DNA of 64,000 bases from Myxococcota bacterium (GTDB taxonomy: Bacteria; Myxococcota_A; Polyangia; Polyangiales; Houyiibacteriaceae). The notes under the pieces are model-generated. The model was not told where the DNA came from and searched no databases. It was given only the letters and a program-made list of their open reading frames with translations. Both the position numbers and the translations under genes were made by a program. The DNA is taken from NCBI GenBank assembly GCA_039030515.1, contig JBCCEA010000010.1, positions 1 through 64,000 of the forward strand, in the 5' to 3' direction. This document shows, one piece after another, positions 49,411 to 59,671 of the stretch (position 1 is its first letter; each line of letters starts with the position of its first letter).

Positions 49411-50828
49411 CTACCAGCAATCTAATCTATGAAATCGGCGAGCGCCCTCTGCTCCCTGAGGGCACAAAGCTCAATGACATCACGGAAACCGTTGCGAGAG
49501 TGACGGAGACCAAGGCACCACGTGGTTGGTGGCTGCTGTTTATTCCTTCACTCTTTTTGGTTGGGGTGTTGTTTGCATCCATCGGCTATCTGGTGACCGA
49601 GGGCGTAGGTGTTTGGGGCAACAATGCTCCTGCCTACTGGGCCTGGGACATCACCAACTTCGTCTGGTGGATCGGGATTGGTCACGCCGGAACCCTGATC
49701 AGCGCCATTCTCTACCTCTTTAGGCAAAAGTGGAGAACCAGTATCAATCGTTTTGCCGAAGCGATGACGATCTTCGCGGTCATGTGTGCTGGCTTGTATC
49801 CGGCACTTCACACCGGCCGTCCCTGGTTTGACTACTATCTGTTCCCCATACCCAATCAGATGCTGATGTGGCCCAACTTTAAGAGTCCCCTTATGTGGGA
49901 CGTCTTTGCAGTCAGCACCTATTTTATCATCTCGCTGCTCTTTTGGTTTGTCGGCCTTATTCCCGATTTCGCTACGCTGCGCGACAGAAGCAAAACCCCA
50001 ATACGACGTCTGGCGTATGGGTTCTTCGCGCTGGGTTGGCGAGGGAGCCACCGGCACTGGCAGCATTACGAGCGGGCATATCTCATTTTGGCAGGTATCT
50101 CGACACCTCTCGTGCTCTCTGTGCACTCGGTCGTCTCGTTCGACTTTGCAACCTCTGTGCTCCCTGGTTGGCACACGACAATATTTCCTCCCTACTTCGT
50201 CGCGGGAGCGGTGTTTAGCGGTTTTGCTCTGGTGATGACCCTGCTTTTGATCTGCCGAGCAGTGTTTCAAATGCATTCTATTGTCACCCTGAAGCATCTG
50301 GACTTCATGAGTAAGTTCATGCTCGCGACGGCCTGTATGGTCGGATACGCCTACGCGATGGAATTCTTTATCGCTTGGTACTCGGGCAACGACTACGAGC
50401 TGTTTGCGTTTCTAAATCGTGCAACCGGTCCCTATTGGTGGGCCTATTGGAGCATGATCACCTGCAACGTTTTGGTGCCACAGATATTTTGGTTTAGAAA
50501 AATGCGTTCCAACATCCCGGTGATGTTTGTGGCGACGATATTCATCAATATCGGCATGTGGTTCGAACGCTTCGTGATTATCGTCACTTCGCTCCACCGT
50601 GACTATCTACCGAGCTCTTGGGGTATGTTCACTCCCACTCCGGTTGATATCTCTCTCTACCTCGGCACTTTCGGTCTTTTCATGACCCTCTTTCTACTCT
50701 TCATAAGGTGGATTCCCATGATCGCCATAGCCGAAGTGAAGGCAGCGCTTCCTGACGCGCATCCACATCACTCTGGTGGCGAACACGAACATGGCGCTCT
50801 TATCGCTGCACCTGTCCCTGCCGAGTAA
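49407..50828 (+). CDS. actC: Alternative complex III quinol-oxidising membrane subunit ActC (NrfD family)
   Basis: [58 protein letters not shown]. Confidence 0.96.
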   Translation: MTTSNLIYEIGERPLLPEGTKLNDITETVARVTETKAPRGWWLLFIPSLFLVGVLFASIGYLVTEGVGVWGNNAPAYWAWDITNFVWWIGIGHAGTLISAILYLFRQKWRTSINRFAEAMTIFAVMCAGLYPALHTGRPWFDYYLFPIPNQMLMWPNFKSPLMWDVFAVSTYFIISLLFWFVGLIPDFATLRDRSKTPIRRLAYGFFALGWRGSHRHWQHYERAYLILAGISTPLVLSVHSVVSFDFATSVLPGWHTTIFPPYFVAGAVFSGFALVMTLLLICRAVFQMHSIVTLKHLDFMSKFMLATACMVGYAYAMEFFIAWYSGNDYELFAFLNRATGPYWWAYWSMITCNVLVPQIFWFRKMRSNIPVMFVATIFINIGMWFERFVIIVTSLHRDYLPSSWGMFTPTPVDISLYLGTFGLFMTLFLLFIRWIPMIAIAEVKAALPDAHPHHSGGEHEHGALIAAPVPAE

Positions 50829-50858
50829 GTCGAAATTAATGACAAGGAAATATGGGCA

Positions 50859-51617
50859 ATGAGCTCGGACGACGAGAAAAACACAGCTAAAGGAGAAGGC
50901 AACCTCGACGGAGAATCGGTCAATGATCTCTCTACCGTGTCTTCAAGTTCCGAAGCAGGTCCGGAGCGCGCCGACCAAGCGGACCATCAAGAAGCTCAAC
51001 CCTCCGCGTTCGACTCCGCCGAGAACATGGTGCGAGACGACGACGCTTCTACAGAGTCGGTGCAGCGTCGCCCGTCACTCTGTCGCCCAGCACTCTGGCT
51101 CGCAGAATACGAGAGTCCGGAAGCGCTCATGCATGCTGCAGAATCCGTTCGGGATGCAGGCTACGAAAAGTGGGATTGCCATACGCCTTACCCCGTCCAT
51201 GGCATGGATGAGGCGATGGGTCTGAGGCCAACGAAGATCGGGGTGATTTCCTTTTTGGCCTCGATGCTTGGAGTGGGAAGCGCCGTCTTGATGATGTACT
51301 GGATGAATGCGGTGGACTATCCGATCATCGTCGGCGGCAAGGAACCTGGAGCGTTGCCGTCGATGGGTCCGATCGTGTTCGAGCTTGGTATCTTATTTAC
51401 GGGTCTTGCAACCGTATTTGGCTTGTTTCACATATGCCGCCTACCTCGGCATCATCATCCGGTTTTTTACTCAGACCGCTTTGCCTCCGCCTCTGACGAC
51501 CGTTTTTTCATTTCCATTGAAGCCGCGGACAAGCAGTTCGATGTAGTAAAAACACGCTCGCTCCTCGAAGGCACAAGACCCAGTTTTGTCGAGCTGGTTG
51601 AGGAGGAAGTGCTTTGA
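50859..51617 (+). CDS. actD: Alternative complex III subunit ActD (DUF3341)
   Basis: TPYPVHGMDEAMG, two TMs, YPIIVGGK, PIVFELGIL, DDRFFISIE; acidic N-terminal extension. Confidence 0.92.
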   Translation: MSSDDEKNTAKGEGNLDGESVNDLSTVSSSSEAGPERADQADHQEAQPSAFDSAENMVRDDDASTESVQRRPSLCRPALWLAEYESPEALMHAAESVRDAGYEKWDCHTPYPVHGMDEAMGLRPTKIGVISFLASMLGVGSAVLMMYWMNAVDYPIIVGGKEPGALPSMGPIVFELGILFTGLATVFGLFHICRLPRHHHPVFYSDRFASASDDRFFISIEAADKQFDVVKTRSLLEGTRPSFVELVEEEVL

Positions 51618-52273
51618 CCCAGCGCGTGTATGTCTTGGTCGTTCTTGGTTCACTGGTCGCGCTTGGTTGTCGAGGCCAGATGACAGAACAAGAACCTGTC
51701 GTGCCCATCCGCAATATGCACGATCAGCCACGTTATGATCCGCAGGAAGAAAGCGCGTTCTTTAAGGATGGACGAACGATGCGCTCACCTCCCGAGGGTA
51801 CGGTGGCCGTAGAAATGGAAGTTGACCTCAGCGTGCAAACAGGGCGCACTCCTGAGGATGATGGCTGGTTGCTCTACGTGCCCCGCTCGGTGATGCCGTC
51901 CGGCCAATCTGGACGAACAGCATTCTTGGAACGAGGTCAGGAACGCTACAACATATCTTGCGCCCCCTGTCACGGCGCTTCAGGACATGGCGACGGAATG
52001 GTTGCCCGTCGCGCAGTTCAGCTTGGGGCAGCAGCACTGAGCCCACCCACGCTTCACGACGAACGCATTCGAACGATGCCGGATGGGCAGCTCTTTGCGA
52101 CGATCAGCAATGGAATCCGAAAGATGCCCGCCTACCGACACGCGATAAGCGTGCGCGACCGATGGGCCATAGCGAGTTATGTACGCGCCTTGCAGTTGAG
52201 TCAGGCTTCGAGGGCCACGGCGCGCCTTGCAAGACCACCCAGGGAAACAGACGCTCGAGAGGTAGTTCAATGA
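51614..52273 (+). CDS. actE: Alternative complex III monoheme cytochrome c lipoprotein ActE
   Basis: Lipobox LGC, NMHDQPRY, CAPCH, GDGMV, MPAY, DRWAIASYVRALQ. Confidence 0.93.
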   Translation: MTQRVYVLVVLGSLVALGCRGQMTEQEPVVPIRNMHDQPRYDPQEESAFFKDGRTMRSPPEGTVAVEMEVDLSVQTGRTPEDDGWLLYVPRSVMPSGQSGRTAFLERGQERYNISCAPCHGASGHGDGMVARRAVQLGAAALSPPTLHDERIRTMPDGQLFATISNGIRKMPAYRHAISVRDRWAIASYVRALQLSQASRATARLARPPRETDAREVVQ

Positions 52274-53766
52274 GCACTGAGTCGATCGGCCAAGAGCCAT
52301 ACCGAATACCGGCGCAAAGCCGGTGGGCCAACGCGTGGAAGGTCCCTGCGGCTTTTGGTGCTTTCGGAGTCCTAGTCTCCGCGCTCGGATGGGTTATGGA
52401 CCCCGAACGCTTCGCCTTCTCATGGTTGTTTGCGTTCTTCTACGTGGCGACCGTCGCCCTCGGCTCTTTGTTCTACGTGATCGCACAGCATGTGACCGGT
52501 GCTGACTGGGGAACATCCGTGCGGCGAACGGCTGAATTCTTGATGCTCGGCGTACCGCTTTTGGCTGTTCTTTTTTTGCCAAATCTAGCAAACATGCACT
52601 TCCTTTGGGGTGAGTGGATCGACGCCTCTGCGGGTCACGGGCATCATGACGATGAACATCATGGTAGCGACGGCGGACACGACCACTCGAGCGATCATAC
52701 GCATGGCGGCAAACCGCATGGGTCCCGAGCTCCTCTCGGGGTCGAGGATGCCTCCAAAACTGCGGGCCAGGCGCACGATGCACCCTCCTCACTCGGTGCA
52801 CTGGTAGGGGGGATCGCCCATGCCCAAACTGCGCACCTCGGCGGAGGCTCTGCTTCGGTTGATTCACATGCTGTTCACGAAGATGGGCACAGCGATGGTG
52901 AACACCACACGGTGTACGAACAAGCACTTCATCACGAGATCCTCCAAAAGAAGACGGCCTACCTGAATTTGCCGTTCTGGTTGATTCGTGCAGCGGCGTA
53001 TTTCTTCATCTGGACGTTCATCTCGCTACTCTATTTCCGTTGGTCGACGCAGCAGGATCGGTCTCGAGATCTGGGGTTGACCCTCAAAATGAAGCGGTTT
53101 GCCCCGGCCTCGGGCGCAGCCTTCGCGCTTACGCTTACGTTCGCGGCGTTCGATTGGGCGATGGCGCTCGAGCCCGCCTGGTATTCGACCATTTTTGGGG
53201 TGTACATTTTTGCCGGATGCGTCGTTTCCATGTTTGCTGCCGTGATACTCCTGGCCCTCGGTCTGGTTCGCGCGGGATACTTGGGTCGCGCGGTGAACGT
53301 CGAACATTTTCACGATTTAGGCAAAATGATGTTCGGTTTCACCTGCTTTTGGGCCTACATCGGGTTTAGTCAGTTCCTCCTTATCTGGTACGCAGGAATC
53401 CCCGAAGAGGCGACCTACTATCACCTAAGATGGGACTCCCAGGGATGGAAGCTTGTGTCCATATTCCTCATGGCGGGTCATTTTATATTTCCATTTATTT
53501 TCTTGGTTTCACGTGTCCCTAAAAGAAACCTATCGACGCTAGCGTTCGCGTGCGTCTGGATGCTCTTTATGCATGCAGTAGACATGTACTGGTTCATTCT
53601 ACCCAACTATGGAGCGCTCGATCTTCACTGGATGGACGTCGGAGCGTTGCTGGCAGCCTTAGGGATTTATCTCGCATATGTATTTTATCGAATGGGTCAA
53701 TTTCCGCTGGTTCCCGTAGGTGACCCACGGCTGACTCGCTCCATCCATCACGTGCAGACGACTTAG
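52270..53766 (+). CDS. actF: Alternative complex III membrane subunit ActF with a His-rich loop
   Basis: ATGA overlap with actE; YLNLPFW..R, FDWAMALEPAWYSTIFG, HFHDLGK, FSQFLLIWY..IPEE, PVGDPRL. Confidence 0.93.
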   Translation: MSTESIGQEPYRIPAQSRWANAWKVPAAFGAFGVLVSALGWVMDPERFAFSWLFAFFYVATVALGSLFYVIAQHVTGADWGTSVRRTAEFLMLGVPLLAVLFLPNLANMHFLWGEWIDASAGHGHHDDEHHGSDGGHDHSSDHTHGGKPHGSRAPLGVEDASKTAGQAHDAPSSLGALVGGIAHAQTAHLGGGSASVDSHAVHEDGHSDGEHHTVYEQALHHEILQKKTAYLNLPFWLIRAAAYFFIWTFISLLYFRWSTQQDRSRDLGLTLKMKRFAPASGAAFALTLTFAAFDWAMALEPAWYSTIFGVYIFAGCVVSMFAAVILLALGLVRAGYLGRAVNVEHFHDLGKMMFGFTCFWAYIGFSQFLLIWYAGIPEEATYYHLRWDSQGWKLVSIFLMAGHFIFPFIFLVSRVPKRNLSTLAFACVWMLFMHAVDMYWFILPNYGALDLHWMDVGALLAALGIYLAYVFYRMGQFPLVPVGDPRLTRSIHHVQTT

Positions 53767-53778
53767 GAAATAAGATTC

Positions 53779-54348
53779 ATGGGTTACGAGAAGACGGAAC
53801 CAAAGAACAACCTGATACTTTTCTTCTCGGTTTTGAGCCTCGTCACGCTTGCTGCGTTAGCATTTGGTTTTGAAAGCTACTTCAAGATCGAAGCGGACAA
53901 GCAGTATGACCTCGCCATCAACCGAGGACTCCCGCTTGGGGAAACCCCATTTTCGTCGGCCGCTCAGAACAGAGTATCTATTCAGCTGCGTGATCCAGGT
54001 CTAGTTGACCCGTGGCAGGCAAGACGTGAGATGGAGCGAGAGCACTTGTCTCAGCTCACTTCCGACCCAATGCCCATATCACGTGCGATGCATCAGCTTG
54101 CTGAAAGAGGTCGAAGCTCGGCTCCGATCGTCGAGCCTCGTAGTGGTAACGACCTGGGAGCAGCTCAAGGCTGGGAGCGACTACCCCTTTCCGTAACCGG
54201 CACTTTAAGTTCGAGTGCGGATAGCGTAAACGACTCCACTGCCATCGACACGGCGGCAAAGCGCAATGAGGTCGACGATACTGAAGAGACCACCCTCGGG
54301 TCGATGGCGCGCCCAAGAAATGAACGGGCAGCACCCGCAGGGCCATGA
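53779..54348 (+). CDS. Small single-TM protein, probable ActG-like subunit
   Basis: GYEKTEP, N-terminal TM, MPISRAM motif; located between actF and sco. Confidence 0.65.
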   Translation: MGYEKTEPKNNLILFFSVLSLVTLAALAFGFESYFKIEADKQYDLAINRGLPLGETPFSSAAQNRVSIQLRDPGLVDPWQARREMEREHLSQLTSDPMPISRAMHQLAERGRSSAPIVEPRSGNDLGAAQGWERLPLSVTGTLSSSADSVNDSTAIDTAAKRNEVDDTEETTLGSMARPRNERAAPAGP

Positions 54349-55244
54349 GCAAGAGGCTCCCAACCAAGATCTTACGCTGGGCGGCAGTGGTTTCGACGAT
54401 AGCTCTCGTTATCGGTTCCAGCTCTAGTCTTAGCGCGCAGCGCCGAGGTGAGCGTCACGAGCCTGTTTTCGAGCTCCCAGGGCTCGACCAAATCGGGGTA
54501 GACGAACATCTCGAAGAGCAGCTTCCCACGAACTTGCCTTTTACCGACCACGATGGACGTGCGGTTCACCTCAGCGATTACTTTGACGGCAGTAGGCCCG
54601 TGCTTTTGCTTTTTGCGTACTACAGCTGCCCTCAGCTCTGCTCTCTGGTGTTGGGAGCTACTGCCGACGGTATCTCTAGCGGGCCTTGGCAGCCGGGAAA
54701 CGAGTATGAAATCGTCACCATCAGTATCGATCCAAACGATACGGTTGAAGCCGCAAAAGAAAAACGAGTGGAGATGCTAAGGCGATACGGCGGTGAGGGC
54801 ACAGGCTGGCATTTTCTCGTGGGTGAGCAGTCCTCGATCGACGCCGCGACCAAGGCAGCGGGCGTGCGCTATTTCAAGCAAGAACAAACCGAGCAGTATG
54901 CCCATCCCGCGGTGATCATGTTCCTGACCCCCGAGGCAACACTGGCACGCTATCTCTACGGTATCGCGTTTCGCGGTAGAGATATTCGCTTGGCACTCCT
55001 CGAAGCGTCCGAAGGGCGTTCGATCACCACGACAGAGCAGATCATCATGTACTGCTATTCGTATAGTGCGGAAGAGGGGGGCTATGCGCTGATGGCCACA
55101 CGGATTATGAAGGTAGGCGGCGCGCTCACCGCAGGGATACTTGGTTTTTTTCTGCTTTTCTTGTGGCGACGTGAGTTACGCCGAAAGAAAAGTGAGAGTC
55201 CTTCTTCGCAGACCGAGGATGTAGAATGCGGTGCTGCAGGATAG
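54345..55244 (+). CDS. SCO1/SenC family copper chaperone
   Basis: Signal peptide, YYSCPQLC (CxxxC), ISIDP, YAHP, C-terminal TM. Confidence 0.93.
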   Translation: MSKRLPTKILRWAAVVSTIALVIGSSSSLSAQRRGERHEPVFELPGLDQIGVDEHLEEQLPTNLPFTDHDGRAVHLSDYFDGSRPVLLLFAYYSCPQLCSLVLGATADGISSGPWQPGNEYEIVTISIDPNDTVEAAKEKRVEMLRRYGGEGTGWHFLVGEQSSIDAATKAAGVRYFKQEQTEQYAHPAVIMFLTPEATLARYLYGIAFRGRDIRLALLEASEGRSITTTEQIIMYCYSYSAEEGGYALMATRIMKVGGALTAGILGFFLLFLWRRELRRKKSESPSSQTEDVECGAAG

Positions 55245-55255
55245 GTCGGGTCGTG

Positions 55256-56434
55256 ATGAACAATCGAATCGTGCAGAATATGGCTGAGTCTTTGGCAAAG
55301 ACAGACAAAATGTTCTCAAGAACGTCTCAGAGCGTAGCAGTTAGGGAGGCGCCTTTGGCCAGCAACTTGGTCCCTGTTTCGCTCGGTCGCTTGAAAAAAG
55401 CTACGTTGAGCACACTGACGCTCGTGACGATGGCTTTGGCTTCGTGTGGAGGAGATCCAAACGGAACCATTCAAATGCCTCCGGCCCGCTCCACAATGGC
55501 GCCAGAGGTCGACTGGCTTTATTACTTTATCTACTGGATGAGTGTGGTTTCATTCGTCCTGATCATAGGGGTCATGATGTATTTCGTGATCCGTTATCGA
55601 CGGCGTCCCGGCAATGAACGGGCGGCTCCGACGGGTCACAATACGCCGCTCGAGGTACTTTGGACGTTCAGCCCGCTTATCTTACTTTGGTTCTTATTTG
55701 ATTGGGGATTCACGGGATATATGCAGGGCGTTGTGGCTCCTACGGACTCTCGAGAGATACGAGTCATGGGTTCGCAATGGAAATGGGAGTTTACAAACTG
55801 CGAAGGCATCGTGGAGACCGGCAACCTCACCGTGCCCGTGGGTGAACCCATCAAGCTGATCATGAATTCCACAGACGTGCTGCATAGTTTTTACATTCCA
55901 GAGTTTCGAGTAAAGCGTGATGTGGTTCCCGGCATGTACAGCACCCTGTGGTTTGAAGCGACGCAGGAGGGTGAGTATCAGGTTTTCTGCACAGAGTACT
56001 GCGGTGCTCCAGTGGGTTCTGGAGAGAACAACGCTGGACACTCGGCCATGATGGCGAAAATTACCGTGGTGTCTCCCGATGAATATGAAAACTTTTGCGC
56101 AGAAGGGCCGCCGCCTCCGGCCGAATGTGAAGGACGTGAAGGCGACGATCGGATGGTTTGTTGGGGCGACTCGATCTTTCACAATCCGGGCTATGCCTGT
56201 TACACCTGCCACAACGGTGTAAGTGCTCCAAGCTTCAACGGCCTTTGGGGTCGCGAGGGCGTGATGATGGACGGTTCGGTAGTGATCGCCGATGAGAACT
56301 ACATTCGCGAGTCGATTCTTCGGCCACAGGCAAAAATAGTACAAGGCTACAACAACATCGCGATGCCGCCTTTCAGGCTCAGCGACAATCAACTCGATGC
56401 GATCATCGCCTATATCAAGTCGCTGGAGGAATGA
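55256..56434 (+). CDS. coxB: Cytochrome c oxidase subunit II with fused cytochrome c (caa3-type)
   Basis: [38 protein letters not shown]...HSAM, CYTCH heme motif; start uncertain (ATG 55256, or TTG 55391 giving a LASC lipobox leader). Confidence 0.95.
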   Translation: MNNRIVQNMAESLAKTDKMFSRTSQSVAVREAPLASNLVPVSLGRLKKATLSTLTLVTMALASCGGDPNGTIQMPPARSTMAPEVDWLYYFIYWMSVVSFVLIIGVMMYFVIRYRRRPGNERAAPTGHNTPLEVLWTFSPLILLWFLFDWGFTGYMQGVVAPTDSREIRVMGSQWKWEFTNCEGIVETGNLTVPVGEPIKLIMNSTDVLHSFYIPEFRVKRDVVPGMYSTLWFEATQEGEYQVFCTEYCGAPVGSGENNAGHSAMMAKITVVSPDEYENFCAEGPPPPAECEGREGDDRMVCWGDSIFHNPGYACYTCHNGVSAPSFNGLWGREGVMMDGSVVIADENYIRESILRPQAKIVQGYNNIAMPPFRLSDNQLDAIIAYIKSLEE

Positions 56435-56438
56435 AGAC

Positions 56439-58124
56439 ATGACGGCGGAAGCAATCACGCACCCATCTTCGGCGCCCGCTGGAGAAGAAGAAAACTACCT
56501 CAACCATCAGAAGGGCCTGGTGTCCTGGTTGATTACGCTCGATCACAAGCGCATCGGCATCATGTACCTCGTGGCGATACTGGTGGCGTTCCTGGCAGGC
56601 GGCGTATTTGCACTTCTTGTGCGCACCGAGCTCGCTGCGCCTGGGCACACCATCATGGAGGCTCACACCTACAACAAGATGTTCACGCTTCACGGCGCGA
56701 TCATGGTGTTCCTGTTCATCATTCCGAGTATCCCGGCCGCACTCGGTAATTTCTTTCTTCCCATCATGCTTGGAACGAAAGATGTAGCATTCCCTCGTCT
56801 AAATCTCGCCAGTTTCTATATCTATGTTGCGGGAACCATCATGGCGCTGGTAGCGATTACCATCGGTGACGTCGATACGGGATGGACCTTCTACACCCCA
56901 TACAGTTCACGTGCGGCAGACGGAGCAGTCGTCTGGATGACGCTGGCCGTCTTTGTTCTTGGATTTTCATCGATTCTCACGGGACTCAACTTCATCGCTA
57001 CGGTGCACAAAATGCGAGCGCCTGGCCTGCATTGGAAGCGACTTCCCCTATTCATCTGGGGCATGTATGCCACTGCGGTCATTCAGGTTTTAGCAACTCC
57101 GGTATTGGCCATTACGCTACTGCTCCTGACGATGGAAGCCACTCTAGGCATCGGGATCTTTGACCCTGAGTTGGGTGGAGATCCGGTTCTTTTTCAGCAT
57201 TTCTTCTGGTTCTACTCACACCCCGCGGTGTACATCATGATCCTTCCGGGAATGGCCGTAGTCAATGAGCTGATCGCCACGTTTAGTCAACGAGCGATCT
57301 TTGGTTACATGTTTGTGGCCATGAGTTCTGTGTCGCTGGCTTTACTCGGATTCTTAGTCTGGGGTCATCATATGTTTACGTCCGGGATGAGTGAATACGC
57401 GACGATGATTTTTTCGGCGCTTACCTTCCTGGTAGCGATTCCTTCCGGCGTGAAGGTCTTTAACTGGACTGCTACTCTGTACAAAGGTTCTATCCGGCTG
57501 GCGTCTCCAATGCTGTATGCGCTTTCGTTTATCGCACTCTTCACCATCGGAGGCCTTACAGGTCTGTTCTTAGGAACGCTCTCTACCGATATTCACCTCC
57601 ACGATACCTATTTCGTAGTCGCCCACTTTCACTACGTCATGGTCGGAGGAACGGTTTTCGGATTCATCGGCGGTCTTCACTACTGGTGGCCTAAGATGAC
57701 TGGACGTATGTACAACGAACGATTGGCGATCGTTTCGTGGGCACTGGTGTTTTGGGGATTTAACCAAACGTTTTTTCTGCAGTTTATCCTCGGGTCTCAG
57801 GGTATGCCTCGTCGGTATTACGACTACCTCGACCAGTATGCGACACTGCACGGCTTTTCTTCGCTGGGTTCCTACATTCTCGGTGTTGGTTTTGTGGTTA
57901 TGCTGGTGATGTTTTTGTTGTCCCTCCGCAACGGGGTTAAGGCTCCTCCAAATCCATGGGGATCCGCGGGTTATGAATGGATGACCACCAGCCCGCCCCA
58001 TCCACACAACTTTGCCGAAGACCCTTTCATGACGCGAGGGCCCTACGACTATCATCTCGCTTCTGACGAAGAGCTCTTCGAGGGATTTCCTGGAGACTTT
58101 ACCGTAAGCGAAGCCAAGGCTTAA
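56439..58124 (+). CDS. coxA: Cytochrome c oxidase subunit I, A2 type
   Basis: [34 protein letters not shown] (YS signature of A2), [23 protein letters not shown]. Confidence 0.98.
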   Translation: MTAEAITHPSSAPAGEEENYLNHQKGLVSWLITLDHKRIGIMYLVAILVAFLAGGVFALLVRTELAAPGHTIMEAHTYNKMFTLHGAIMVFLFIIPSIPAALGNFFLPIMLGTKDVAFPRLNLASFYIYVAGTIMALVAITIGDVDTGWTFYTPYSSRAADGAVVWMTLAVFVLGFSSILTGLNFIATVHKMRAPGLHWKRLPLFIWGMYATAVIQVLATPVLAITLLLLTMEATLGIGIFDPELGGDPVLFQHFFWFYSHPAVYIMILPGMAVVNELIATFSQRAIFGYMFVAMSSVSLALLGFLVWGHHMFTSGMSEYATMIFSALTFLVAIPSGVKVFNWTATLYKGSIRLASPMLYALSFIALFTIGGLTGLFLGTLSTDIHLHDTYFVVAHFHYVMVGGTVFGFIGGLHYWWPKMTGRMYNERLAIVSWALVFWGFNQTFFLQFILGSQGMPRRYYDYLDQYATLHGFSSLGSYILGVGFVVMLVMFLLSLRNGVKAPPNPWGSAGYEWMTTSPPHPHNFAEDPFMTRGPYDYHLASDEELFEGFPGDFTVSEAKA

Positions 58125-58128
58125 CTCG

Positions 58129-58842
58129 ATGTCAACAGAGACACATGAGCATCAAGGTCCGGCGTATCTTCAGCATCACTTCCACACGCCGGTTCAGCAG
58201 TTTAGTGCTGCAAAGCTCGGGATGTGGGCTTTTCTCTCGCAAGAGGTGCTCTTCTTTAGCGGCCTGTTTGTCGCCTACGGGATCTTTCGTTCCTGGTATC
58301 CGGAGGCGTTCTCGGTAGCATCTCATCTCTTGGACTGGAAGATGGGGGGCATCAATACGTGTGTCCTTTTGCTTTCCAGCTTCACGGCCGCGATGTCGGT
58401 TCGCAGCGCGCAAAAAGGCACACAAAACCAGACCAGCATGTGGATCGTGCTCACCATCTTGTTTGCGCTTGGGTTCATGGTCATCAAGTACTTTGAATAC
58501 GCGCATAAATTTCATGTCGGGTTTGCCCCCGGAGAATACTTCGCGCCCAGTCCAGAAGGCATGGAGGAAATTTCCCATGCCATGCAATCTGTAAATCATT
58601 TGAGCCTATCCGCTCCTCCTCCAGAAATTCGCTCCTTCTTCGGCATCTACTTCATGATGACCGGAGTCCACGGAATCCACGTGTTGATAGGCATTTTCGT
58701 GTTTATTTGGATGCTTGTCCGCAACGTTCGAGGCGAATTCAGTCCTGAATTCTTCACTCCGGTGGACTTAGCTGCCCTCTATTGGCACCTGGTCGATCTT
58801 ATTTGGATCTACCTCTTTCCTCTTCTCTACCTTATCGACTGA
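58129..58842 (+). CDS. coxC: Cytochrome c oxidase subunit III
   Basis: LGMWAFLSQEVLFFSGLF, NTCVLLLSS, TGVHGIHV, YWHLVDLIWIYLFPLLY. Confidence 0.96.
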   Translation: MSTETHEHQGPAYLQHHFHTPVQQFSAAKLGMWAFLSQEVLFFSGLFVAYGIFRSWYPEAFSVASHLLDWKMGGINTCVLLLSSFTAAMSVRSAQKGTQNQTSMWIVLTILFALGFMVIKYFEYAHKFHVGFAPGEYFAPSPEGMEEISHAMQSVNHLSLSAPPPEIRSFFGIYFMMTGVHGIHVLIGIFVFIWMLVRNVRGEFSPEFFTPVDLAALYWHLVDLIWIYLFPLLYLID

Positions 58843-58870
58843 GCACTGATCGTTCGACTACGGGATCCTC

Positions 58871-59557
58871 ATGAGCCAAAAAGCACACCACGACGATTAC
58901 TACGTGCATGCGCATGTTACGGACACAAAGATTTACGCAGGTATCCTGGGAACACTGCTCCTACTCACGCTGCTCACGGTAGCGGTGTACAATGTTCGCT
59001 TGGGTGCAGCCAATCTGATCGTGGCCATACTGATAGCGACAGTGAAGGCGAGTTTGGTTGTGTTCTACTTTATGCACATGAAGTATGAGACCAAGTTCAA
59101 CGTACTTCTTTTCTTAGGTTCATTGGCCTTCGGCGGTATCTTTCTGGCCTATACGATGAACGACACCAGCAATCGAGGTTCTGTCGACCCGTGGTCGGGT
59201 TCATGGGTAGACCGTTCCAGTGGATTTTCGGCCCAAGGAGGGCTCGGGGCCGGAGGTCGTCTCAGTGCGTTCAAATTGTCGGCGGATGGCTGCTCAGAAG
59301 GAACCTGGCCGGCCGGCGGGGAACCCCCATGGCCTTGCTCTTGGTTCGCTTGGCAGGAGGCACGTGATGGCTCCAGCGACAAACCGGCAGTCGCGGAAGA
59401 CGTGGGTGACGCTGAGGTGGATGATGCTCAAGTGGACGGTACGGGTGGGACCGAGACGCAGGATGATTCACCTGACCTAAATGCAGCAGAGGCTCCCTCG
59501 AGCGAGCAGAATACGAAACGCGAAGAGTCAGAGCCCGATAGCTCCAACGAGCCCTAA
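58871..59557 (+). CDS. coxD: Cytochrome c oxidase subunit IV with a long C-terminal extension
   Basis: LLLLTLLTV, IATVKASLVVFYFMHMKYE; three TMs followed by a soluble tail. Confidence 0.88.
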   Translation: MSQKAHHDDYYVHAHVTDTKIYAGILGTLLLLTLLTVAVYNVRLGAANLIVAILIATVKASLVVFYFMHMKYETKFNVLLFLGSLAFGGIFLAYTMNDTSNRGSVDPWSGSWVDRSSGFSAQGGLGAGGRLSAFKLSADGCSEGTWPAGGEPPWPCSWFAWQEARDGSSDKPAVAEDVGDAEVDDAQVDGTGGTETQDDSPDLNAAEAPSSEQNTKREESEPDSSNEP

Positions 59558-59671
59558 GATATACCCTCGCTTGTCCAATCTGTGTGCAAACCTCCGATGG
59601 TTGACGTTCAAAGTATTCCATATGCGTCGTCGTTCTGTACTAGGCGGCCAACCTCAGTGCAGACATCGGTA

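Noticed and set aside
51958..52269. N-terminal extension of ActF in the ORF track
   Set aside because: It overlaps actE; the ATGA coupling at 52270 marks the likely start.
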